Assembly: GCA_963849325.1 (NCBI GenBank)
Contig: CAWKHF010000012.1
Coordinates: forward strand, 448,001 to 512,000
DNA length: 64,000 bases
Direction: 5' to 3'
From: an uncultured Planctomycetota bacterium
GTDB taxonomy: Bacteria > Planctomycetota > Planctomycetia > Gemmatales > Gemmataceae
The notes under the pieces were generated by a model. It did not search any database. It saw only the letters and a list, made by a program, of their open reading frames with translations, and was not told where the DNA came from. The position numbers and the translations under genes were made by a program. Positions 22,875-33,600 of this stretch are shown here, piece after piece (position 1 is the first letter of the stretch; every line of letters starts with the position of its first letter).

Positions 22875-23039
22875 TCAGATCTCGTTCTCGGCCTCAATCC
22901 AATCCTGCATCTCGGTGCCTTGCGGCCGGCCGCGCTGGACCCACTTCTCGTAGGCCCGCATGGCGATCTTCTCTTGCGGGATTTTGGTCGATGGGCTGTT
23001 GCTCGGCTGGCTCAGAGGCGGAGTCACGACGCGAGACAT
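22875..23039 (-). CDS. DUF2934 domain protein (3' end uncertain)
   Basis: IAMRAYEKW..GRPQG..DWIEAE; GGAGG RBS. Confidence 0.8.
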   Translation of the reverse strand: MSRVVTPPLSQPSNSPSTKIPQEKIAMRAYEKWVQRGRPQGTEMQDWIEAENEI

Positions 23040-23266
23040 GGTAGTCCCTCCTTGAATGGTTGACCGGACAAACTGCACGAACGCAGTGGTGTCGTATTCC
23101 ACCAGATCATTCGCCCCTCCGCAAGTTTTTTTCCGGGCAAATGGCAGCCGCGACCGCTGGCCCGTGCCGCGCTCGCTGGACTGTATGCCCGTAAGCCGCT
23201 TGCATCTGCGCGTGCCTGCGTTAGAATCGGCCAACACCCCGCGCTCGCACCGCAAGGGACTTCTTC

Positions 23267-25150
23267 ATGCTCTGGGCCGTCTATCAGCAGCACCTCGATC
23301 CGCTGGCCGGCAAGCTCCCCGCCTCGTCGCTGCTGTCCATCCTCTTCGCCGCCCTGCCGGTGGTGGTGCTGTTCTGGCTGCTGGTGCCGCGGCGCTGGCT
23401 GGCGCCCAAGGCCGGCGCGATGGCCGCCCTCACCGCCCTGGTCATCGCCGTCACCGTCTACGGCATGCCGCCGCTGATGGCCGGCATGGCCTTCGTCGAT
23501 GGCGCCCTGTTCGGCCTGCTGCCGGTCGGCTGGACCATCTTCAACGCCATGCTGCTGTACAACATCACGGTCCAGACCGGCAAGTTCGACATCGTGCGCC
23601 GCTCCGTGGCCGGGCTGTCCGGCGACGCCCGCATCCAGGCCATCCTGATCGCCTTCGCCTTCGGCGCCTTCCTCGAAGGGGCGGCCGGCGGCGGCACGCC
23701 GGTGGCCATCTGCGGCGCCATCATGGTCGGCCTCGGCTTCGATCCCTTCCTCGCCGCCGTCCTGTGCCTGATCGCCAACACCTCGCCGGTCGCCTACGGC
23801 GGCCTCGGCACGCCGCTCATCACGCTCAACGGCGTCACCGACCTGCCCACCGAGACGCTCAGCGTCATGGCCGGGCATCAGCTGCCGCTCTTGTCGCTTT
23901 TCATTCCGCTGTACATGGTCAAGTGCATGTGTTCGTGGAAGCAGACGTGGGAGGTCTGGCCGGCCCTGCTCGTCGCCGGCGGCTCGTTCGCCGTCTTCCA
24001 GTACACCTTCGCCACCATCCACGCCTGGCCCGGCCTGTCCAGCATCGTCCTTTATCCGATGACCGACATCGGCGGCGGCATCTTCTCGCTGGTGGTGACG
24101 GCGATCTTCCTCCAGTTCTGGAAGCCGCGCAACGAATGGCACTTCGACAAGACGGCCGGCGCGAAACCGGCCGTGCCTCCGGCCGCACTCGACCCGAACG
24201 ATCCGCACGCGGCCGAGGCGCCGGCGCTCGTCGGCGATCGCCGCCGCCGCCGGCCGGGAGCGAACCGCCGCTGACCGCCTGGAGCATCACCCTGGCCTGG
24301 TTTCCGTTCGTCCTCATGTCGATGCTGCTGCTGTTGACCGGACTGGTGCGGCAGCGCGAGGGGCTGCGCAACAAGATCAACCCCCAGACGGGGCAGAAGT
24401 TTGGCCCGATCGATGATCGGTCCGATCGAGACGCAACTACATCGTGCCGATTCCAGGGCTGGACGGCGAATCGATCCGCGACGAGCGCCTGCACGAAGGC
24501 GACGAAGGGCCGGCCAAGCCGGAGAGCGCGACGTTCAATTTCGCCTGGCTGACGGCGCCGGGCACGGCGGTGTTCGTCGCCGCCCTGCTGTCGATGGTGC
24601 TGTTGCGCATGAACGCGACGACAGATCGCCTGGGTGTTCCAGCGAACCTTCGTCCAGATGAAGATCCCGATCCCGACCATCTGCTTCATGCTCGGCCTGA
24701 GCTACGTGACGCGCTACGCCGGCATGGACGCGACGCTCGGCTTCGCCTTCGCCGGCACCGGCGTGCTGTATCCGTTCTTCGCGCCGCTGCTGGGCTGGCT
24801 GGGCGTGTTCCTGACCGGCACCGACGCCGGCAGCAACGCCCTGTTCGGCAGCTTGCAGAAGATCACCGCCACGCAGATTCACGGCGCCGGCGCGTTCGGC
24901 GGCCATCTCGATCTGGGACAGGCGCAGGTGCTGATCTGCACGTCCAACAGCACCGGCGGCGTCATGGGCAAGATGATCGACGCCCAGAGCATCGTCGTGG
25001 CCACGGCGGCGACGAACCAGCTCGGCAAGGAGGCCGACATCTTCAAGGCGGTGCTCTGGCACAGCATCTTCCTGGCCGTGATCGTCGGCCTGCATGACGC
25101 TGCTGCAAGCGTATGTGTATCCGTTCACCGGCCTGGTGCCGCATCTTTAG
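23267..25150 (+). CDS. L-lactate permease family transporter (several frameshifts)
   Basis: FGAFLEGAAGGGTPVAI, IANTSPVAYGGLGTP, GVFLTGTDAGSNALFG, GGVMGKMI. Confidence 0.9.
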
Positions 25151-25264
25151 GGAATAGGGAATAGGGAATAGGGAATAGGGAATAGGGAATAGGGAAGAAG
25201 AGGGAAGAGGGAAAGGAAGGAGGAGTCCTTGCCCCTATTCCCTATTCCCTATTCCCTATTCCCT
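25148..25264. repeat. Inverted heptamer array (TAGGGAA)7 ... (CCCTATT)4
   Basis: Read directly; the first TAG is the permease stop codon. Confidence 0.95.
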
Positions 25265-25376
25265 GTTTTTTTGTTCTTGGCCGAGGTCGGGACTTCCGCT
25301 ATAAGGTCCGCCCCGCGCCGGTGTGTTCACCTCGGCGCCGGAGTGGTGGCCCTGATGAAGCCGGAGGAACGAAATA

Positions 25377-26072
25377 ATGACCTGGACGTGGAACGATGCC
25401 CCGCGTGGGGCGAGGGTGTGTCAAGGGCTTGCCTGCGCCGTCCTGGCGCTGCTGTTCGCCGGCGCGACGACCGCTCACGCCGCCGACAGCGAGACGCGCG
25501 AGTTCGCCGTCCTCGTGGACGGCAAACCGGCCGGCAGTGCCAACATGACCATCGCACGGCAGGACGACGGCAGCACCGTCGTCTCCTGCGATACCAACGT
25601 GATGGTCCGCGTCCTCATCAAGAAATACGTCTATACCTGCCAGACGCGCGAAGTGTGGAAGGATGGGCGATTGCGGCAGTTTTCCAGCCGTTGCAACGAC
25701 GACGGCAAACCATACCAGGTATCGGCCGTCGCCGAGGGCACTGGCCTGCGCATCCGCGTGAACGGCCGCGAACGCCTGGGCCGGCCGGAGACGTGGCTGT
25801 CGAGCTACTGGACCCTGCCCGACGCCAAGCTCCGCAACCAGGTCGTGCCGGTCCTCGACGCCGACAATGGCCGCGACATGCAGGTCAGCATCCGCCAGGT
25901 CGGCGCCGCCCAGATCGCCGTCGCCGGACAGGTGCAGAACGTCCAGCACTATCGACTCACGGGCACCGTCCAAGTCGATTTGTGGTACGATGCCTCCGAG
26001 CGCCTGGTGCGCGAGGCGTTCGTCGAAGACGGCCATCCGACCGTCCTGGAGCTAACCCGCCTGCGGCGCTGA
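25377..26072 (+). CDS. Exported beta-rich protein, DUF6134-like
   Basis: Signal-like helix; VDGKPAG, Y.Y...EVWKDGRL, SSYW, DLWYD. Confidence 0.65.
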   Translation: MTWTWNDAPRGARVCQGLACAVLALLFAGATTAHAADSETREFAVLVDGKPAGSANMTIARQDDGSTVVSCDTNVMVRVLIKKYVYTCQTREVWKDGRLRQFSSRCNDDGKPYQVSAVAEGTGLRIRVNGRERLGRPETWLSSYWTLPDAKLRNQVVPVLDADNGRDMQVSIRQVGAAQIAVAGQVQNVQHYRLTGTVQVDLWYDASERLVREAFVEDGHPTVLELTRLRR

Positions 26073-26222
26073 GAGATTGGCGGCCGCGAAGCGCTCTTGT
26101 CAAAACGGCGGCGACGACGTTACCCTAGCCGCACGGAAGACCTCGGCGTCTCCGATGGACGATCGGACCCGTCGCTTGCGCTCTCGGCTCGTAAGGATGT
26201 TCTCAAGCCAGGAAGGTGAAGC

Positions 26223-26499
26223 ATGCACGACCGCGCATTCATCCGCCGTACCCTCATCGAGCTTCTCGAAGCCGACACCGGCGAGAAGCACGGCGACCTC
26301 GAAGAACGCCGTCAACCTCCGCGAAGGATTGGGACTGGATTCGGTCGATGTGGTCAGCATCGTCTCGCAGATCGAACGCCGTTTTCACATCCGCCTGACC
26401 CACCAAGAGCTGGAGAAACTCGTCACCGTCGCGGACGTGCTCGATCTGCTGCAAGCCAAGCTGGCCGATACCTCGTCGTCGCCGTCGGCAGCGGCATAG
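26223..26499 (+). CDS. Acyl carrier protein (frameshift near 26305)
   Basis: LREGLGLDSVDVV phosphopantetheine-Ser motif; IERRFHI; TVADVLD. Confidence 0.85.
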
Positions 26500-26501
26500 A
26501 A

Positions 26502-26581
26502 AAAGGGACTAGGGAACAGGGAATAGGGACTAGAGAAGAAGCTTCTTCTCTAGTCCCTATTCCCTGTTCCCTAGTCCCTTT
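26502..26581. repeat. Perfect 80-bp palindrome built from TAGGGAA-type heptamers, between convergent genes
   Basis: 40-bp arms exactly complementary around AAGCTT. Confidence 0.92.
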
Positions 26582-26582
26582 C

Positions 26583-27841
26583 TTATGCAGCCAGGCGCGG
26601 CGCGGACTCGGGTCCGGGCAGGCGGATCTTCTGCTGGAGTTGTGTCAGGGCGTCGAGAAGGCCCGCAATCGATTCGGACAGGTGGTTGGCGTTGACCTGG
26701 ATGCGCAGGACGCCGGCGTGATAGGGCACGGCCGGGAACGTCACCGATTGCACGTAGTAGCCCTGCTCGAACAGGAAATTGCCGGCGTTGAGCGTGTCTT
26801 CCTCGTCGCCAACGAGAACGGACAGGATCGGCGTTTGCCCGCCGAGGACGACAAGTCCCTTATCGATCAGGCCGGTGCGGAGCTGGCGGATGTTGCGCTT
26901 CAGCGCGCCGACAGCAGCTCGTACTCCGGCGAATCGAGGATGTCGCAGACGGTGCAGATGGCGTCGAGATAGCAGGGGGCGACGGGACCACCGAAAATGT
27001 AGGTGTTCGAGCGCATCTTGAGCAGAAGCTGGAACTCGCGGGTGCAGCCGATGAATCCGCCCATGCAGGAAAAGCCCTTCGACAGCGAACCGACGACCAG
27101 GGTGTTGTCGTAATTGCCCAGGGCGTCGAGCACGGTGCCACGTCCCTGCCGGCCCATGACGCCGGTGCCGTGCGCGTCATCGACGTAGAGCACCGCGCGC
27201 CGTCGCAGACACACGCGGTTCAACTCGGCCAACGGCGGCAGTTCGCCACTCATGCTGTAGACGCCGTCGATGGCGACCACGGCACAGCGATAGTCGCCGG
27301 CCTCGTCCAGCACTTTCTCGAGCGCCTGCGGGTTGCAGTGCGAGAAGGAGAGGACGCGCGTACCGTTGGCCCGAGCGATCTTGGCTCCTTCCTGAATCGA
27401 GTTGTGTGCCTGTTCGTCCACGACGAGCACATCCTGCCGGCCGACCAGGCCCGGGATGGCTCCCAGGTTGGCGAGGGTCACGGACGGGTAAATCAGCGTC
27501 GCCTCGGTGCCCAGCCAGGCGGCGAGCTTGTCCTCGGCCTCGACGTTGGCGCGGACGCTGGAAAAGGCCCGCGACGCGCCGTTGTGCGTGCCCCAACGAT
27601 GGATGCCGCGATGAAGGGCGTCTTGCACGCGCGCATCCTGGTCCAGTCCCAGGAAACTGTCGGAGCCGAAATTGACGACCTTCTTACCCGCCACCTCGAT
27701 GATTCGGTTAGGTCCCATGCGCTCGACGACCATGTCCTTCATGTGCGTCGTCGGGAATAGCTCGGCAAAGTGCTCGATGAAGCGAATCAAGCCATTCTGG
27801 CGCAGGGCGTTGGCCAGCTGCTGCATGGGTGAGGGACTCAT
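26583..27841 (-). CDS. Alpha-oxoamine synthase family PLP enzyme (BioF/SPT/KBL-like) (frameshift near 26905)
   Basis: NFGSDSFLGL, AHNSI, DGVYSMSG, DDAHGTG, GSLSKGF. Confidence 0.85.
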
Positions 27842-28045
27842 ACGGACCTTCTTCTCGTCGTTATGGGGGGTCAACCCACCCGGAATGCGGCGGAGGTGCG
27901 GAACGCGGAGCAGGCCCATCAAACCAAAAACAATGAGAGCGGACAATCGCAATCGTCGCGCCTCGACACGCCCGGCAGGACATGCCCGCGTCCATCATCG
28001 GACGAGCGGCCCGGTCGGTTTGAGGAAATGTGCCAAACGCTTGAA

Positions 28046-28123
28046 AAGGGAATAGGGAATAGGGAATAGGGGCGAGGTTTCTTCTCTCGCCCCTATTCCC
28101 TATTCCCTATTCCCTATTCCCTT
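28046..28123. repeat. Inverted heptamer array (AGGGAAT)n ... (CCCTATT)n
   Basis: 3-4 units per arm. Confidence 0.92.
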
Positions 28124-28125
28124 CT

Positions 28126-29197
28126 TCAGCAGCGTACCACCAATCCCTCATGTACCATCCGCGCCCGGCAGCTGTCGTCGGGACGTTCGGCGCGGCGCAG
28201 TTCCTCGCGGAGCGTCTGCTGGAGGAAGACCTCCAGGCGGGCCATGTCTTCGTCGCTGCGAGCCGGATCCCGATGGCCCAGGTGCAGCTCGCGCACGCCG
28301 GCTGTCACGGCGGTGGCCACGCACGCCTCGATGGTGCTATGTCCCCAGCCGCGCCGCGGCAGGGCCAAGTCGGCGCCAATGCCCTGGCGCCCCTCATATT
28401 CGGCGAGCGTGTATTGCCCCTCGGTGTAGAGGACGTCTGCCCCGCGCGCGAAGTCGGCCAGGCCCACGTCCGGCACGGCGACCTGTTCGTGGTCGGTGGC
28501 GAAAACGAAGACGTGGCCGGCGTTCTCCAGACGATAGGCCAGGCAACCGCCGGGGTGGTTGAGGGCGTAGGTGCGGATGCTCGTCGAACCGATGGGAAAG
28601 TCCGACCCCGCCTCGATCGGACGAAAGTCCTCCAGCGCCTTGAGCTGATCGTAGGTCGGCGGGAAGTAGCGGCGGCTCAGCTCGGAGTTGGGATTGAACA
28701 GCACGCCGAGACTGTCGATTACGTCGGGCCGTCCCCAGATGGTGAAGCGGTTGGCCGGATCATAGTACGGGGCGAAATAGGGCGTCGCGTAGATGTGATC
28801 CATGTGCGGATGGCTGAGGAGCACGTGGGCGGTACGGGCGGCCCGTCCGTCCTCCCGCCGCGAGACGGAGCGCCAGACGCGCTTGCAGAGCCAGGCCCAA
28901 CTCGCGGAAGCCGCTGCCGCAATCGAGAATGAGCAGGGCGTCCGGTGTCTGGACCTCGACGCACGTGGTGTTGCCGCCGTAGCTGCTGCCCAGGTGGAAG
29001 GGCAACTCCTCCTGGACGCGCCGCCGGATGGTCGCCTCCAGCTCGGGTCCGGGGCATAGGTCGGCCAGTCGTCCTTGCTCAACCAGGTGCTTGATGGCGC
29101 CGACAAGTTTGTCGGTCACTTCCGGCGGCCGCAGCGGGGCGGTCAAGGTGCCGGTGACGCCCCAGTAGGTGATGGTGAAGACAGGCTCCTGTGCCAT
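28126..29197 (-). CDS. MBL-fold metallo-hydrolase (frameshift near 28890)
   Basis: YGGNTTC, ILDCGSG, SHPHMDH, LNHPGG, ATDHE, GWGHS. Confidence 0.88.
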
Positions 29198-29801
29198 GAC
29201 GAGAGTCCTCGGCCGCGAGGTCCGCCCCTCCCGAGCGTACCGGCCGGCGCTCGCGGCGGACAAGGGCAAAAAAAAGCGACTGCGCTCCGCGCCGCCAGCA
29301 CCCGCCTGTGCGAAAATGCTCCATCGTGCCGGATCTTCGCACAACGACTTCGCTGCGGCTCGATTGAAGTGCGGCCAAATAGCGATCTCTCAGCGTTTAT
29401 TCATGTACTCCAAGTGCTTACGTCCGAACGGCTTCCTATCGACAGGCTCACAATCCCACCGGGGAGGACGATGCTGGAGAACTCCGGCACGGCAATTGCT
29501 TTCTAAAGGTTCGGAAAGAAAAACCCAGAAGCCAGATACTCGCCTAGGAAAACCTCACAAGAGCAAGCCTCTCAGGGCATCGCTTGCCCCGCCGACGGAA
29601 GCTCTCCTTCAACGATGAAGAGTTTGCTTGTCCTTCTCCTTCTTCCCACCGGAGCCTCGCTGTGCCGAAATTGCCGATCGACAGCTGGAAACAGAGTATC
29701 CCGATATCGTGTCGATCCATTTTCGGCCCAAAGAGAAGCCGGGACGGTCGATCTCTCGAATGGTTCAGCGATTAAATCCCTCTCACTCATCTACTTTTAA
29801 C

Positions 29802-29831
29802 TTGCTCTGCTTGAGGGAAGTCCCTTACAAT
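29802..29831 (+). promoter_or_regulatory. Putative sigma70 promoter of DUF1559 copy 1
   Basis: TTGCTC-N18-TACAAT; positional counterpart at 31035. Confidence 0.5.
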
Positions 29832-29975
29832 CCTCGAAACGCCGCCTTCCTCGAATGAGAGAGGCGAAGTAGTGAACTCTCCTCCCGGATCGATTGTCCT
29901 TTCCGGGATTCTCGGCTTTCCTGTCGAGAGAAATGTTCGACTGTTTTTTTTGTTTTTCTTCAAAGGAGTCTCGGG

Positions 29976-30815
29976 ATGTTCAAGTTGCCGTTCGCCAAAC
30001 GATCGCGTGCCTTCACGCTGATCGAGCTATTGGTGGTGATCGCTATCATCGCCATCCTCATCGGCCTGCTGCTGCCGGCGGTGCAGAAGGTGCGTGAAGC
30101 CGCCGCTCGCACGCAGTCGGTCAACAATCTCAAGCAGATGGGTCTGGCCATGCAGAACCACCACGACACGCTGAACATGCTGCCCGACGGCGGAGCGGGT
30201 GGCGGCACCTGGCCCACCAGCGGGGCCATGGGCATGGCGCAGCCGGGTCCGTGGACTTACCAACTCCTGCCCTTCCTCGAACAGCAGAACATGTGGCAGA
30301 ATTGGGTGACCGGGACGAATAATAACGGCTTCGGGGTGAAGGCTTACATGGATCCCGGCCGCGGTCGCCCCGCGCTGGACGGTAATAACTACGCACGCAC
30401 GGACTACGCCATCAATGGCTATCCTTTCAACGGCAACAAAACCAATGGCGGCGCGGGCGGCTGGAATGGCCCCTCCAAGACGCAACTGACGCTGCTGGGC
30501 ATATCGGACGGCACCTCGAACACGATCTTCGTCGGCACGAAGTCGCTGGCCACCAATAACTACAATGCCAACGTCGGCAACTGGGACGACGGGGCTTTCC
30601 AGACCAACGGCGGCAACACCCGTAACGGCACCATCGTCCAGAAGGACGCTTCCGGGCTGGCTTCCAACGGCGGCCCGTTCTGGGGCGCGGCGTACGCCGG
30701 CGGCGCCCCCATGGGCATGTACGACGGCAGCGTGCGCATGCAGCAGTACGATGCGACCGGATTCGTCGTTCCCCTTCTGACCAGCAACGCGGGCGACCTC
30801 TACACCGGCCCGTGA
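29976..30815 (+). CDS. DUF1559 protein with prepilin-type N-terminal cleavage/methylation motif
   Basis: [54 protein letters not shown]. Confidence 0.95.
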   Translation: MFKLPFAKRSRAFTLIELLVVIAIIAILIGLLLPAVQKVREAAARTQSVNNLKQMGLAMQNHHDTLNMLPDGGAGGGTWPTSGAMGMAQPGPWTYQLLPFLEQQNMWQNWVTGTNNNGFGVKAYMDPGRGRPALDGNNYARTDYAINGYPFNGNKTNGGAGGWNGPSKTQLTLLGISDGTSNTIFVGTKSLATNNYNANVGNWDDGAFQTNGGNTRNGTIVQKDASGLASNGGPFWGAAYAGGAPMGMYDGSVRMQQYDATGFVVPLLTSNAGDLYTGP

Positions 30816-31034
30816 TGCGAGCCTTCCTCCTCAACAGCAGGCGGCGCCGGAACCAGGCGCCGCCTTTCTGTTGCGCCGCCTCCCGGTTGAGGAAGAGTCG
30901 CGGATCATCGCTTCCCGAAGTTTTCGGGCCTCCAGTGGAACAAGGGTGCGGAAAAGGCGCGAAAAAGAGGAGGACCGGTTCTTCTTCTCGGCATCTTTTC
31001 AACTCTTAAATCTTTCTCACGCATCTTTTTTCAT

Positions 31035-31063
31035 TTGCCTCTCTTGAAGAGAACTTATACACT
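31035..31063 (+). promoter_or_regulatory. Putative sigma70 promoter of DUF1559 copy 2
   Basis: TTGCCT-N17-TACACT at a similar distance from the ATG as in copy 1. Confidence 0.5.
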
Positions 31064-31208
31064 CACAAGTACATGGTCTTCCTTGATGAAGGAAATCGAG
31101 GCGGGACGCCCTTGACCTGGATCGATCCCTTCTTCCGGGATTCTCGGCTTTCATGTCGAGATGTAAATTTGACGATCTTTTTTGTATCACTTCTAAAGGA
31201 GCCTCGTG

Positions 31209-32054
31209 ATGTTCAGATTGCCGTTCGTCAAGCGTTCGCGTGCGTTCACGCTGATCGAGCTGTTGGTGGTCATCGCCATCATCGCCATCCTGATCGGCCT
31301 GCTGCTGCCGGCCGTGCAGAAGGTGCGTGAAGCCGCCGCCCGCACGCAGTCGGTCAACAACCTCAAGCAGATGGGCCTGGCCATGCAGAACCACCACGAC
31401 ACGCTCAACATGCTGCCCGACGCCGGAGGGGGCGGTGGCCAATGGCCCACGGTCGGAGCCATGGGCATGGCGCAGCCGGGTCCGTGGACCTACCAGATCC
31501 TGCCCTTCATCGAACAGCAGAACTTCTGGCAGAATTGGACCCAGACCGCCGGCATCGGCATCAAGGGCTTCATGGATCCCGGTCGCGGCCGACCGGCAGT
31601 TGACGGCAACGGCCGGGCCCGAACCGACTACGCCATCAACGCTTACCCCTTCAACGGCAACAAGACCTCCAACTCGGCGGGCGGGTGGAGTGGTCCCACA
31701 AAGACGCAACTGACGCTGTTAAGCATATCCGACGGTACTTCCAATACGATCTTCTGCGGGACCAAGTCGCTGGCCACCAACGTCTACAATAATGCCGTCG
31801 GCAACTGGGACGATGGGGCCTTCCAGTGCAACGGCGGCGAAGCCCGTCTCGGCATCTACGTCCTGAAGGACGCCCCGTCATCCGCTAACTTAATGGGTTC
31901 CAACGGCGGCCCGTTCTGGGGCGCTCCGTACTCCGGCGGTGCTCCTCTCGGCATGTATGACGGCAGCGTGCGCATGCAGCAATACGATTCGACCGTCGGC
32001 TACGCCCTGCCCCTCGTGACCTCCAATGCGGGCGACCTCTACACCGGCCCGTGA
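31209..32054 (+). CDS. DUF1559 protein, tandem paralogue
   Basis: Near-identical N-terminus and same C-terminus ([10 protein letters not shown]) as 29976-30815. Confidence 0.95.
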   Translation: MFRLPFVKRSRAFTLIELLVVIAIIAILIGLLLPAVQKVREAAARTQSVNNLKQMGLAMQNHHDTLNMLPDAGGGGGQWPTVGAMGMAQPGPWTYQILPFIEQQNFWQNWTQTAGIGIKGFMDPGRGRPAVDGNGRARTDYAINAYPFNGNKTSNSAGGWSGPTKTQLTLLSISDGTSNTIFCGTKSLATNVYNNAVGNWDDGAFQCNGGEARLGIYVLKDAPSSANLMGSNGGPFWGAPYSGGAPLGMYDGSVRMQQYDSTVGYALPLVTSNAGDLYTGP

Positions 32055-32247
32055 TCTTGGTTTCCTCCGACGACGGTAGGCGGCGCCGGGCCTGGGCGTC
32101 GCCGAACTTTTGTGTCCTCTCCGTATGGCCAAAGAGACCTTGAAGACATCTCGATGAAGTTGTGAAATCAAGCGGAGTGGAGGGCGTCCGTCCCCGGAGG
32201 CTCAGCAAACTCAGGGGGCGGACGCTCTCCGCTCCGGAATCTGTTCC

Positions 32248-33600
32248 ATGAGGCGACACCCGCGTGTCCTGGTCGTACTGGTCGTTCTCGTCCTTCTGGG
32301 CGGTTTCGGCTACTGGGCGGCGCGCGCTCACTTCCTGGCCGATCAACAGCGCGAGCAGGCACGGCTGGCGATTGACGATGGGGATTGGGAAACGGCGAAG
32401 GCCCATCTGACTTCTTACCTGTCTCTTCGTCCCCAGGACGGTGAAGCGCACTTTCTTCTCGCGCGCGTGTACCGTCGTGCCCGCGTCGAGGATTTCGCGC
32501 AAGCCCGGCACCACCTGGAAGAGGCCCGGCGACTGGGATGGTCCCGGCAGGAAGCGGCCCTGGAAGGACTGATGCTCACCTTTCAAGAGCACGGCGCCTC
32601 CCGCGATGCCGAACAGCCGCTCGCGGAGCACGTCCGCTCCCCTGGAGTGGACGACGCCCTCGTCTACGAGGCACTGGCTCGTGGCTGCATTCATGCCAAT
32701 CGTCAGGATGCCGCCAACGCCTGGCTCAACGCCTGGGTGGAACGCCGCCCGGACGACTGGTACGCCCATTTCTGGCGCGGCGCCTTCTTTGAATACCAGA
32801 ACAAGCCCAACCTCGCCGTCGCCGATTTTCAGCTGGTCCGGGGCAAGAGGCCGCAAGACGAAGAAGTCCGGCTCCATCTCGGACTGATGCTGGTCCAGAG
32901 CGGCTACAACTACGAAGAGACCCTCGGCTACCTGGAGTCCTATCACCAACGACATCCGGGCGACGCCGATGCGCGGGTTGCCCTTGCCACCTGCCGGCGT
33001 TCCCTGGGGCAATGGGAATCGGCCCGATCACTGCTGGACTCGGTGATCGCGGACCACCCCCATCACGAGGGGGCGATCCTCGGTTTGGCCATGCTGGCGC
33101 TGGACCGAGGCGACGACGACGAAGCCTTGACGTGGCTTCGCCGCCTGGAACCGTTGGCGTATCAGTCGCACTACGAAGAGAACCTGGACCGACTCGGGCG
33201 CCTGCAACCTGTGCCGGACAACATGAATGTCCCCGACCAGTTGCGGCAGGTCTTTCATCTCCTGGCGAAAGTCCTGCGCCGAAAAGGTTGCCATTCGGAA
33301 GCCGAGGGTTACGAGCGCCGGGCCACGCAACTGAGGGCCGATAGCAATGCGTTGAGCCAGGTCATGGAGGAGCAAAAGAGGCTCCCTCCCGACGTCGATC
33401 GGATGTATCGGATTGGGCTGCTCTTTCTGCGTCTGGAAATGGGGGAAGATGGAGCGTACTGGTTAGGGCGCGTACTGGAAGAACGGCCGGGCGACCGACG
33501 GGCACACGAGGCGCTGGCGAAATACTACGCCAGCCGGAAAGACCCGGAATCGCAACAGCGTGCCCGTGAACATGCACGCCTCGCCGCGGAGGGACGATGA
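32248..33600 (+). CDS. TPR-repeat protein with N-terminal membrane anchor
   Basis: TM helix, then helical repeats (P.D.EAHFLLAR, PGDADARVALA, PGDRRAHEALA). Confidence 0.88.
   Translation: MRRHPRVLVVLVVLVLLGGFGYWAARAHFLADQQREQARLAIDDGDWETAKAHLTSYLSLRPQDGEAHFLLARVYRRARVEDFAQARHHLEEARRLGWSRQEAALEGLMLTFQEHGASRDAEQPLAEHVRSPGVDDALVYEALARGCIHANRQDAANAWLNAWVERRPDDWYAHFWRGAFFEYQNKPNLAVADFQLVRGKRPQDEEVRLHLGLMLVQSGYNYEETLGYLESYHQRHPGDADARVALATCRRSLGQWESARSLLDSVIADHPHHEGAILGLAMLALDRGDDDEALTWLRRLEPLAYQSHYEENLDRLGRLQPVPDNMNVPDQLRQVFHLLAKVLRRKGCHSEAEGYERRATQLRADSNALSQVMEEQKRLPPDVDRMYRIGLLFLRLEMGEDGAYWLGRVLEERPGDRRAHEALAKYYASRKDPESQQRAREHARLAAEGR

Noticed and set aside
25148-25264. Heptamer arrays as CRISPR or telomere-like contamination
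   Set aside because: No unique spacers, no cas genes, and the arrays sit at gene ends in continuous bacterial context.
29200-29800. Riboswitch or small gene in the long intergenic region before DUF1559
   Set aside because: No recognisable riboswitch consensus or credible ORF by eye.
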